Assembly: GCA_016432325.1 (NCBI GenBank)
Contig: CP066684.1
Span: forward strand, 480,001-544,000
DNA from: Candidatus Aenigmatarchaeota archaeon
GTDB taxonomy: Archaea; Aenigmatarchaeota; Aenigmatarchaeia; PWEA01; JACQIF01
DNA: 64,000 nt
Reading direction: 5' to 3'
Shown here: positions 56,438 to 64,000 of the stretch, one piece after another
How the letters are laid out: the number at the start of each line of letters is the position of its first letter
Numbering within the stretch: the first letter of the stretch is position 1
The notes under the pieces: generated by a model
Told to the model about the DNA's origin: nothing
Databases searched by the model: none
The model's input: the letters and a program-made list of their open reading frames with translations, nothing else
Made by a program: the position numbers and the translations under genes

Positions 56438-56516
56438 ACCCCACTTTAAGGTTTATCTGTTGGCCTCTCATATTTTAATACGTGTTAAGCAGGGGGCCGT
56501 TTGCAATGGTGATTCT

Positions 56517-57026
56517 ATGATAATCGCGGTCAGCGGCACTCCCGGAACAGGGAAGACCGAAGTTGCGCGTCTTCTGGCCGCGCTCTTGGACTACTCATAC
56601 ATAGACCTCAATGAGCTCTGCGAGCATGCAGGCCTTATCTCTGGAGTGGATCGCGCGCGCGACGCGAAACTGGTAGATACGAACAAACTCAAGACTCTCC
56701 ACGTCTCGGACAACGCTGTCGTCGACGGCCATCTGGCGCATTACCTGAAGGCAGACGTTTACGTGATACTGCGCGCAAATCCTGACGTCGTCAGACAGCG
56801 AATGGAGCAGAGAGGATGGAATCCGAAGAAAGTCGGAGAGAATGTGGAAGCAGAACTTATCGGCGTGTGTTCTGTGGAAGCGCGCGAACTGTGGGATAAC
56901 GTAATGGACGTCGACACGTCGACGCTCATGCCTCAAAAGGCCGCGCGGATGATATACAACTGGATCATGCGCAAGCGCTTCGCGAACGACCCGATAGACT
57001 GGACACTGAAGGGGTACGAGCCTTAG
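56517..57026 (+). CDS. Atypical adenylate kinase / Fap7 (AK6) family
   Basis: SGTPGTGKT, VDGHLAH, R...RGW...KV.ENVEAE. Confidence 0.88.
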   Translation: MIIAVSGTPGTGKTEVARLLAALLDYSYIDLNELCEHAGLISGVDRARDAKLVDTNKLKTLHVSDNAVVDGHLAHYLKADVYVILRANPDVVRQRMEQRGWNPKKVGENVEAELIGVCSVEARELWDNVMDVDTSTLMPQKAARMIYNWIMRKRFANDPIDWTLKGYEP

Positions 57027-57064
57027 GAAAGTTTAAGTATTAGGACGCCGTTTTCTTCGCGGGG

Positions 57065-57904
57065 ATGTGGATGAATCTGATGAACACCGCAAAAACGTTC
57101 GCGCTGCTCAGCGTACTCACAGGAATCCTTCTTGCCATAGGTTACTACGTCGGCGGCTCCTCTGGCGTGCTCGTCGCGTTCGCGCTTTCTGTCGTGATAA
57201 ACTTCGTCTCGTACTGGTGGTCTGACAAGATTGTGCTGAAGATGTACGGCGCCAAGACTGTCGAACGCAAGGACGCTCCGTGGTTGCACGACACAGTCGA
57301 ACGCCTCTGTAAGGACGCGGGTCTTCCGAAACCGCCCATCTATCTCGTACGAACGAATGCGCCCAACGCCTTCGCGACAGGCCGCAACCCGCAACACGCG
57401 GCAGTTGCCGTTACAACCGGCCTCATGGACGCCCTTGAAAAAGACGAGGTGGCGGCCGTGCTCGCGCACGAAATAGGCCACGTCGCCAATAGGGACACTC
57501 TCATTTCCACGATGGCCGCGACTCTCGCCGGCGCGATAACGTGGATAGCTCACGCGGCCCTTTTCGCCGGAGACAGGAACCGCAGCGCCGCCGGTGCGCT
57601 CGCCATGATGATAGTAGTTCCCATAGCCGCCTCTCTCGTACGTCTTGCAATCTCGCGCTCGCGCGAGTTCGGGGCCGACACGTTCGGCGCGCACGTCTCC
57701 GGCCAACCGCTGAAACTCGCATCCGCGCTGCAGAAGATAGAGCACGCCGCGCGCGGCGTCCGCATGAACGCCGAGCCCGCGACGGCGCACATGTTCATAA
57801 TCAACCCTCTGACCGCCGAGAACCTCGCAGGCCTGTTTTCCACGCATCCGCCGACGGCCGAGCGCGTCAGACGGTTGAAGGAAATGGCCAAGGAAGGGTC
57901 CTAG
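57065..57904 (+). CDS. htpX: Zinc metalloprotease HtpX
   Basis: PNAFATGR, AHEIGH, SRSREFGAD, FSTHPP. Confidence 0.96.
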   Translation: MWMNLMNTAKTFALLSVLTGILLAIGYYVGGSSGVLVAFALSVVINFVSYWWSDKIVLKMYGAKTVERKDAPWLHDTVERLCKDAGLPKPPIYLVRTNAPNAFATGRNPQHAAVAVTTGLMDALEKDEVAAVLAHEIGHVANRDTLISTMAATLAGAITWIAHAALFAGDRNRSAAGALAMMIVVPIAASLVRLAISRSREFGADTFGAHVSGQPLKLASALQKIEHAARGVRMNAEPATAHMFIINPLTAENLAGLFSTHPPTAERVRRLKEMAKEGS

Positions 57905-57942
57905 GGCATTTATATACTTGTTACTAGCTAGTAGTACTAGGT

Positions 57943-58626
57943 GTGGTCATGGAACGCATAGTCTACGGCATAGGCGAGGTTCACGACTGGGCGCCGCGGC
58001 TGGACAACGCGATGGCGGCATTTGCTTCCATCACGGCCAAGATGTCGCCCGACACGGAGGAAAGCGGTCTTCTCGCAAAACGCGCCCACACGTTCAGAGC
58101 AAGCGCGGACGGCACTTCCAGGCAAATAATGAAACGAAATCTGGCTGCAAGAAGAATTCTCGACTATATCCAACCCGAAGTGGTGTTTGTTGAAAGGGGT
58201 TCGGATGGTCTCAGGGCTGCCGGGTATGGCGGCTCCGTGGTTCAGATGGACCCCTATGTTCCGGCCATGGCAGAATACCAGAAAGGGGTCGAAAAGTCGA
58301 CGGCGAGAGTGTACGAACTGGCCGGCGGTCTGAGAGAAATCTCCGATATCTTGAGAACATCCGTCTCCGAGGAGGAAATCGAGGAGTGCAAGGCCCTTTC
58401 CGTGGCGATTGCAACAGAAGCGTTCCGTGAGCTGACAGAATGCCAGAAGACACTGCCTCCGTCGGAGGAGCGCGAGCTCGTCTGGACAGACGTCATAGAC
58501 AAGAACTGGAGAAAGAACGCCGTTGTCTGGGTCGGCGCCGCGCATCTCCGATCAGACGCGCTGCCTTCTCGGCTCATGGAACGCGGGATTGAAACGCGCG
58601 TGCTTCACTCTGATAGTATGGAATAG
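57943..58626 (+). CDS. Hypothetical protein (TraB/erythromycin-esterase-like motifs)
   Basis: GIGEVH, VFVE, VWVGAAHL. Confidence 0.55.
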   Translation: MVMERIVYGIGEVHDWAPRLDNAMAAFASITAKMSPDTEESGLLAKRAHTFRASADGTSRQIMKRNLAARRILDYIQPEVVFVERGSDGLRAAGYGGSVVQMDPYVPAMAEYQKGVEKSTARVYELAGGLREISDILRTSVSEEEIEECKALSVAIATEAFRELTECQKTLPPSEERELVWTDVIDKNWRKNAVVWVGAAHLRSDALPSRLMERGIETRVLHSDSME

Positions 58627-58657
58627 GCGAGCGCGCGTGGCGTTTAAGTAGATTCCT

Positions 58658-59038
58658 GTGTTCTTTCATAACATGGGACCGGAGAATCTGAAGACTGACT
58701 GGAACATTGCGACCTCTGATGTATCCATCCCCGGCGGCTATGCGCTGGCCGGCGTGTGGACAGGTTGTTTACTTCAGCCGGGAATCCCCGACGAGGTGAG
58801 GATGTCGGGTGCTCTGATCGATGCCGCGCTGCTTTTCACGTCCACACTCATATTGGGGAAGGTCTATGGCGCTTACAATAATATCGCTAAACGTATCGAC
58901 GAAACGGGACCCAGTTTCAAGCACATGCGTCCTGGTATATTTAGAAAACTGTCACGCATAGCGGCCGAAGAGAGAGGCAAACTTGCAGAATACAACGCCG
59001 CGCTGAAGGATTACGAGAGCCTCATGCAGACGCCTTGA
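58658..59038 (+). CDS. Hypothetical membrane protein
   Basis: Hydrophobic segments; fills the gap. Confidence 0.45.
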   Translation: MFFHNMGPENLKTDWNIATSDVSIPGGYALAGVWTGCLLQPGIPDEVRMSGALIDAALLFTSTLILGKVYGAYNNIAKRIDETGPSFKHMRPGIFRKLSRIAAEERGKLAEYNAALKDYESLMQTP

Positions 59039-59062
59039 TGGCGTTTAAATAGACTTCCGACA

Positions 59063-59248
59063 ATGAGTTCTCTGATTCCAATGTCCAAAGACATCGCGTA
59101 CGCGCGCCTGTTCAGCAGCGTATACATCTGCATGCACTGCAACGCCAAGATACGCGCGCAGGGCGCCAAGGTGAAGCTGGGGAAGATTAAGTGCAGGAAG
59201 TGCGGCTCGAACGCGCTGCGCGTCAAGAGCAAGGAGTCGAGGGGTTAG
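59063..59248 (+). CDS. rpl40e: 50S ribosomal protein L40e
   Basis: ICMHCNAK...KCRKCGSNALRVKSKE. Confidence 0.9.
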   Translation: MSSLIPMSKDIAYARLFSSVYICMHCNAKIRAQGAKVKLGKIKCRKCGSNALRVKSKESRG

Positions 59249-59249
59249 G

Positions 59250-59591
59250 ATGGAACAGCGCAAGGTAAACGTCACCGTGGACCACACAGAGCCCGCGTTC
59301 TTCGCCGACACGCTCACCGTGACGCACGGTCAGGAGAAATTCATTCTGGACTTCACGCAAGCAGTACCGCGCTTCGACACCATAGGCGAGGAGCGCCACC
59401 AGACAATCAACATCAAGCACAAGACACTCGTACTGGATCCGAAGGTGGCAAAGTCGATCCTGAATGTTCTGAAGGAAAACCTCGAAAGATACGAGCAGAG
59501 GTTCGGCCAGATAAAGACTCCCAAGCCGAAGAAGGCCAAGAAGACGTCTGAGAAGCAGGCTCCGTCGAACGTTGCGAGCTATATAGGATAG
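59250..59591 (+). CDS. DUF3467-like protein
   Basis: FFAD..TVTH...FILDF.Q..P; DPKVAK...L.ENLERYEQRFGQI. Confidence 0.7.
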   Translation: MEQRKVNVTVDHTEPAFFADTLTVTHGQEKFILDFTQAVPRFDTIGEERHQTINIKHKTLVLDPKVAKSILNVLKENLERYEQRFGQIKTPKPKKAKKTSEKQAPSNVASYIG

Positions 59592-59630
59592 CATCGGAAA
59601 CCTTTTATACCGTTCGCGCGTACACGGCGC

Positions 59631-59936
59631 ATGGTTCTGGACAAGATTGCCGCGTACGTGAAAGAGCACGGCGTCACTAAATTCAAGTACCACACGTGGC
59701 GCAAGTTCGACAACGGCCGCGGGGAAATACGAATACTCGTATTGGACGACGGCGTGGCGCGCTGCGAATACCAGTGCGCGAAGTGCACGAACATCGGCTA
59801 CGTCGAGGCCGAATGGAAACGCCCGTTCTCGACGGCGTGCGCGAAGTGCGGCGCGAAGATTGCGGTTCCGAAGCTGCGAGACGCCATGAAGCGAGAGATG
59901 AAGAAAGGGTCTGCGGAAGCGGGCGGCGAAGAGTAG
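59631..59936 (+). CDS. Zn-ribbon protein
   Basis: YQCAKC...WKRPF...CAKCG. Confidence 0.7.
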   Translation: MVLDKIAAYVKEHGVTKFKYHTWRKFDNGRGEIRILVLDDGVARCEYQCAKCTNIGYVEAEWKRPFSTACAKCGAKIAVPKLRDAMKREMKKGSAEAGGEE

Positions 59937-59971
59937 GCTATATATTCCTTTTCTGTCTCGACCTTAATCAC

Positions 59972-60059
59972 GCCCCAGTGGCTCAGTGGTAGAGCGCTTC
60001 CTTGGTATTCAGGAACGAACAGGAAGAAGTCACGCGTTCAATTCGCGTCTGGGGCTCCA
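59972..60059 (+). tRNA. tRNA-Thr(GGT) with a 13-nt canonical intron (60008-60020)
   Basis: GCCCCAG/CTGGGGC-T-CCA; GCTC/GAGC; CTTCC-TT-GGT-A^...^A-GGAAG; ACGCG-TTCAATT-CGCGT. Confidence 0.93.
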
Positions 60060-60086
60060 TTTATATCTCGCGCGCCAACTCTATGC

Positions 60087-61259
60087 ATGCGTGTGGCTCT
60101 GATGGTTCTTGTGCTTCTGACAGCCGGATGCATTTCCGGTTCTGAATATCAAAGCCAAGGTCAAGACTTCAGAATGCCGGCACAAAATGAATGCTCCGGC
60201 AACGGTACCGTTCCTCTTGCGTCCCCGATGCATCTGGACGACATCGGCATGATAATACCGATGGGCGACATGATAGGTTCGCACGTCACACCAATCGACC
60301 ACATGTACTTCTCCCCGGCGGTTTTCCATTCCCCGCCCGACACCTACAACGTCTACGCTGACGCCGACGGAGTCATCGCCGGAATAGGGCGCGAACCGCT
60401 CTCGCCGGAAAACCAGTACGACAAGTACCGCATCGAGATAAGGCACACGTGCGACTTTTACAGCATATACAATCTTCTCACGAGCCTTTCCGAAAACATC
60501 ACGACCGTCACCGGAACGATCGAACCCGGTAGTTACTCAAACAAACCCATCCACGTCAAGAAGGGGGACCTGCTCGGTAAAATCGGTGGGCAGACCTTGG
60601 ACTTGAGCGTCAACTATGATGAGGTCGTTCTCTCTGGATTCATCGTGCCTGAACATTACGCGGGCGAATCGTGGAAAATCCACACTGTGGACCCGTTCGA
60701 CTATTTTGAGGAACCGGCCAGAACGCAGCTCCTTGCGAAAAACCTGAGGCAGGTTGAGCCCTTCGGGGGCAAGATTGACTATGACATCGATGGTCGGCTC
60801 GTCGGCAACTGGTTCGTCGAGGGAAGCGGAGGATTCCCTGCGAGGTACGTAGAGGACTCCTGGAAAAACCATCTTAGTTTTGCGTACGACCCCATCGATC
60901 CAACGCACATAGTCGTATCGATAGGGAATTACGAAGCCCCGGAGAAAAATAGGCCGACAGACGCCACGCAACTGCAGTACGGCGTGCGCGGCAACGCGCC
61001 TGATCCAAAGGACGTTTCCGTGACGACCGGCCTCGTAAAGTACGAGCTCGTTGGTTCAGAATATGTACTTGGCTCCGAAGAGCCGTGGGATCACACGAGC
61101 TATGCGAGCGACATAAAAGCTGTAAGCGGAGATATTGTCAGGGGCGTCGTGTTGGTGCAACTGACTTCAGACAGGAAACTGAAGTTTGAAACGTTCCCCG
61201 GGGCGTCCGCGGCTCAGGTGGACGGCTTCACCGGAAACGCGCTGACTTACGAAAGATGA
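60087..61259 (+). CDS. Lipoprotein with an M23/LytM-like fold signature
   Basis: LTAGC lipobox; HVTPIDHMY, VYADADGVI, HVKKGDLLGKIG. Confidence 0.6.
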   Translation: MRVALMVLVLLTAGCISGSEYQSQGQDFRMPAQNECSGNGTVPLASPMHLDDIGMIIPMGDMIGSHVTPIDHMYFSPAVFHSPPDTYNVYADADGVIAGIGREPLSPENQYDKYRIEIRHTCDFYSIYNLLTSLSENITTVTGTIEPGSYSNKPIHVKKGDLLGKIGGQTLDLSVNYDEVVLSGFIVPEHYAGESWKIHTVDPFDYFEEPARTQLLAKNLRQVEPFGGKIDYDIDGRLVGNWFVEGSGGFPARYVEDSWKNHLSFAYDPIDPTHIVVSIGNYEAPEKNRPTDATQLQYGVRGNAPDPKDVSVTTGLVKYELVGSEYVLGSEEPWDHTSYASDIKAVSGDIVRGVVLVQLTSDRKLKFETFPGASAAQVDGFTGNALTYER

Positions 61260-61301
61260 GCGCTATTTCGGGCTTTAATACATGCGGCGCTCACGCATCT
61301 T

Positions 61302-62261
61302 ATGAAGCGCTCCAAATCACGCGTCACTCGGCCCGCGGCTGCGAAAAGTACCGAGAAACGCGGTCGTTGGGGCAAGAAGATAGTGATACCGAAAGACCGC
61401 ATTCCATACATTCTTGCCGTTCTTGTTCTTACGGGCTTGTTTGCAGCAGGCGGGGTAGCGTCAGGACAGTCTCGGCTGGACATGAACGTGTTGAGCGATC
61501 CGACAGAACTCGCACACGTGCAGAGCGACGTGTTCCCGCAGGAAGGTTTCAAGACAAAAGTAGTTCTTGGCGACGCCATTCCGAAACTCGTCGAAAGCGG
61601 CGTGATAAATTTGGACAAAATAAGGGAGCTCTACGGCGACAGGCTAACGGAAGAGCAGTTGAGACTCTTCACAGAGCCGACGAACGAACATCTTGTTCTG
61701 ACTCCGCAAAACGCGAACTCTCTGATAAACCCGTTATGGGCTCTAGGAATCGCAAACAAGAATCCTATTCTGGATGAGACGCTGGAATACGAAGGCGTCG
61801 GCAATCTTGCCTCGACAGGCGGCTGGTCTCTTGCTAAAGAAGATGCGATGACATATTACAACAAACTCGAAATAGTCAAGCTGACTTCAGAACAGCAAAC
61901 CGTTTTCGAGAAAGTGGCGCGAAGCACGTATCGACCGTGTTGCGACAACCCGACGGCGTTCCCGGACTGCAACCACGGCGCGGCGCTGCTCGCGCTGCTG
62001 GAACTCGGCGCTTCGCAGGGACTGAACGAGGACGAACTTTACACTTTGGCGCTGCAGGCGAACACGCTGTGGTTCCCGCAGCAATATTTGTCGACCGCGA
62101 CCCTTTACAAAGCGGAAGGCAAGGATTACTGGAGCGACGCACGCACGATAGTGGGATTCGATTACTCCAGCTACAGCGGTTGGGCGAAGAATGTTTATAA
62201 GCCCTTGCAGGACAAGGGATTGTTGCCGAAGGCGGAGGGTGGTGGAAGTTGCGGCGTATGA
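61302..62261 (+). CDS. Membrane-anchored Cys-motif protein
   Basis: TM helix; RPCCDNPTAFPDCNHG; C-terminal GGGSCGV. Confidence 0.7.
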   Translation: MKRSKSRVTRPAAAKSTEKRGRWGKKIVIPKDRIPYILAVLVLTGLFAAGGVASGQSRLDMNVLSDPTELAHVQSDVFPQEGFKTKVVLGDAIPKLVESGVINLDKIRELYGDRLTEEQLRLFTEPTNEHLVLTPQNANSLINPLWALGIANKNPILDETLEYEGVGNLASTGGWSLAKEDAMTYYNKLEIVKLTSEQQTVFEKVARSTYRPCCDNPTAFPDCNHGAALLALLELGASQGLNEDELYTLALQANTLWFPQQYLSTATLYKAEGKDYWSDARTIVGFDYSSYSGWAKNVYKPLQDKGLLPKAEGGGSCGV

Positions 62262-62842
62262 AAAGTAAAAAGTCCCCGTACATTATCATAGGCGCGGCCA
62301 TCGTCGTAATCGCGGCTGTCGTTCTTTTCCCTTTACAATCCGGCTCGTCCGCCCGTGTCATCCAAGCGGCCGCAGGCTCCGAAGAAAAATTCGCGCTCCT
62401 GAGCGGCGCCACGACCAACTTTTGCGCGGGCCCACAGATCGTCGACGCTGTTGAATCCGACCGCCTTCAAGGCTCGTGCTGCTCTGCGATGGACATGCAC
62501 GCGTATGCCGAACAGGCTGAGGGATTGAAGAAGTACGATTCAATCGACATCATTCCCAGCGATCCTTATGACATTCCCAAAGAGTGGGCGCGCGAGATGA
62601 TTGAAGAAGACAAGACGATTGTCCTTACGGACGAACAACAGAAAATTTACGACGATGCCATCGAAATGTCGCACGAAGGCGGTCCGTGCTGCTGCAAGTG
62701 CTGGAGATGGTACGCTTACGGAGGGCTGGCTAAGAAGCTGATAACCGAGAATGGATTTACGGCTGAGGACGTGGCGAACGTGTGGAATCTCTCTGACGGA
62801 TGCGGAGGCGCCGGCCACGCGGAAGGCATGGAGCCGACCTGA
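62258..62842 (+). CDS. Membrane-anchored Cys-rich protein
   Basis: TM helix; NFC, GSCC, GGPCCCKCWRW, DGCGG; ATGA overlap. Confidence 0.7.
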   Translation: MKSKKSPYIIIGAAIVVIAAVVLFPLQSGSSARVIQAAAGSEEKFALLSGATTNFCAGPQIVDAVESDRLQGSCCSAMDMHAYAEQAEGLKKYDSIDIIPSDPYDIPKEWAREMIEEDKTIVLTDEQQKIYDDAIEMSHEGGPCCCKCWRWYAYGGLAKKLITENGFTAEDVANVWNLSDGCGGAGHAEGMEPT

Positions 62843-62856
62843 ATTGTCAAGAAGTA

Positions 62857-63714
62857 TTACCGTCCGTCCCTCAGTCTCTCTATATCGGGCGTCTCTTTGC
62901 CGGCCGCTATATCGCGCTCGACGGCGGCCATTATGTCCGTAATCGGCACGCGGACCGCCACGTAGCCGCTTATCTTTCTCACTAGCCGCCCCTTCTCGTC
63001 ATGCGACTCGTCAAACATAGGCATGATGGTGCTCCTCACCCAGTAGATGCTTCCGTCCTTGGCGCGGTTTCTCAGGTCTCCCCGCCACGCGCGCCCGTGA
63101 GTTATCTCGTTCCACAGGTTCTGGTAGAACTGCGGCGAATGGAAGCCGGATTTTCCGATGCGGTGGTTCTGGCCGATGAGCTCGTCGCGGGAATACTTGG
63201 ATATCTCGCAGAATTTGTCGTTGGCGTACGTAATGTTTCCGGCGACGTCGGTGAACGAGACTATGGACGACTGGTCGAGAGTATTGTTTATGCTCTCCAG
63301 ACGTCTGAAAAGTTCGATGCGCTTTTCGGTGGCTTCGTGCTCCTTCGCTTTAATCTCCTTCTTCAGCTCAGGCGCGCTCAGTTTCATGGCCAGTTTCAGG
63401 CTCACGGTCATTCTGGAAAATGCGCGCGCGAGGTCTCCTATTTCGTCGTTGAGTCCTGTAAGAGAAGGGTCGACGCCGTCCTGCGCGCGCCCGGTGCTGA
63501 TTGAATCCATGATATCGGTCAGTTTCTTGATAGGAGCGATAACCCTTGCGGAATAGTACGCCATCACCACTACCAGAGCGAACAACGCTATGAAAAATAT
63601 GCCAAGCAACTTCAGTTCATACGACGCGACGTTTACGGACACCCAAAAGAGGGCCGGGACGAGAGCAACCAGCAGCGAGGCGAGGACGAGCAGAAGCTCG
63701 ATGAGTTTTTTCAT
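62857..63714 (-). CDS. Membrane HAMP plus PAS sensor without an output domain
   Basis: Two TM helices, PIKKL...DEIGDLARAF (HAMP); ITYANDKFCEISKYSRDELIGQNHRI...WRG..RNRAKDGSIYWV (PAS/PAC). Confidence 0.85.
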   Translation of the reverse strand: MKKLIELLLVLASLLVALVPALFWVSVNVASYELKLLGIFFIALFALVVVMAYYSARVIAPIKKLTDIMDSISTGRAQDGVDPSLTGLNDEIGDLARAFSRMTVSLKLAMKLSAPELKKEIKAKEHEATEKRIELFRRLESINNTLDQSSIVSFTDVAGNITYANDKFCEISKYSRDELIGQNHRIGKSGFHSPQFYQNLWNEITHGRAWRGDLRNRAKDGSIYWVRSTIMPMFDESHDEKGRLVRKISGYVAVRVPITDIMAAVERDIAAGKETPDIERLRDGR

Positions 63715-63814
63715 CAGTCTATTGCGCGCGCGGCGTTTATTAACATTCCTTTCAGGTACTCGTATAGTATTTCACATTTCAAATCTTTATAAGGCGGTTC
63801 TGCAAACGTTTTTT

Positions 63815-64000
63815 ATGGTCAAATACCATCCCGTCAGCCCCGACGGTCTCACGAAAACCGGCGCAATCGTCGGCCTGATATGGTGGGCGCTCGCACTGGG
63901 CTGGCACGGCATGATGGGCATGCCCTCTATGATGGGACTGCTGTACAGTTATCCGTACATGTCCATGATGATGCAGTCGCTCGTGTTCGTACTCCTCGTC
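63815..64000 (+). CDS. Met-rich membrane protein (partial)
   Basis: MVKYHPVSPDGLTKTGAIVGLIWWALALGWHGMMGMPSMMGLLYSYPYMSMMMQSLVFVLLV; TTTATAA upstream. Confidence 0.6.
   Translation, partial: MVKYHPVSPDGLTKTGAIVGLIWWALALGWHGMMGMPSMMGLLYSYPYMSMMMQSLVFVLLV

Overview
Archaeal chromosome segment, most consistent with a DPANN-type lineage. This is inferred from Sec61beta, S8e/L37e/L40e, EF-1beta, RFC, Spt5, class III signal-peptide pilins and many orphan ORFs. Contents: two KaiC-like ATPases; isoprenoid genes (IDI-2, two trans-prenyltransferases, a divergent cis-prenyltransferase); a large type IV pilus locus; argS, leuS, rnhB; redox genes (DsbA, glutaredoxin, TrxB); a five-gene sufB-D-S-U-C operon; minD; ftsZ-secE-spt5; purK-purE; rfcS/rfcL; htpX; and three tRNA genes absent from the ORF track. 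Main highlights: (1) A compact candidate RiPP system with no YcaO in the window. An unannotated 22-aa ORF (MAKIKEVKRSKALLQNSGYDLA) is transcribed divergently, from a shared TATA box, from two SagB/ThcOx-like flavin dehydrogenases, one intact with an RRE-like N-terminus and one degenerate. (2) tRNA-Arg(TCT) and tRNA-Gln(CTG) are each 312 nt and each split by three introns (D-loop, anticodon loop, T-loop). (3) A covarying twin-hairpin module recurs in introns of both tRNAs and as an in-frame 48-nt insert in argS. Related hairpin-plus-direct-repeat insertions sit at translation starts and behind tRNA-Arg. (4) Two genes appear to start at ATT. (5) There is an unassigned, highly structured ~330-nt region between ftsZ and secE. 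All calls are by inspection; no database searches were run.
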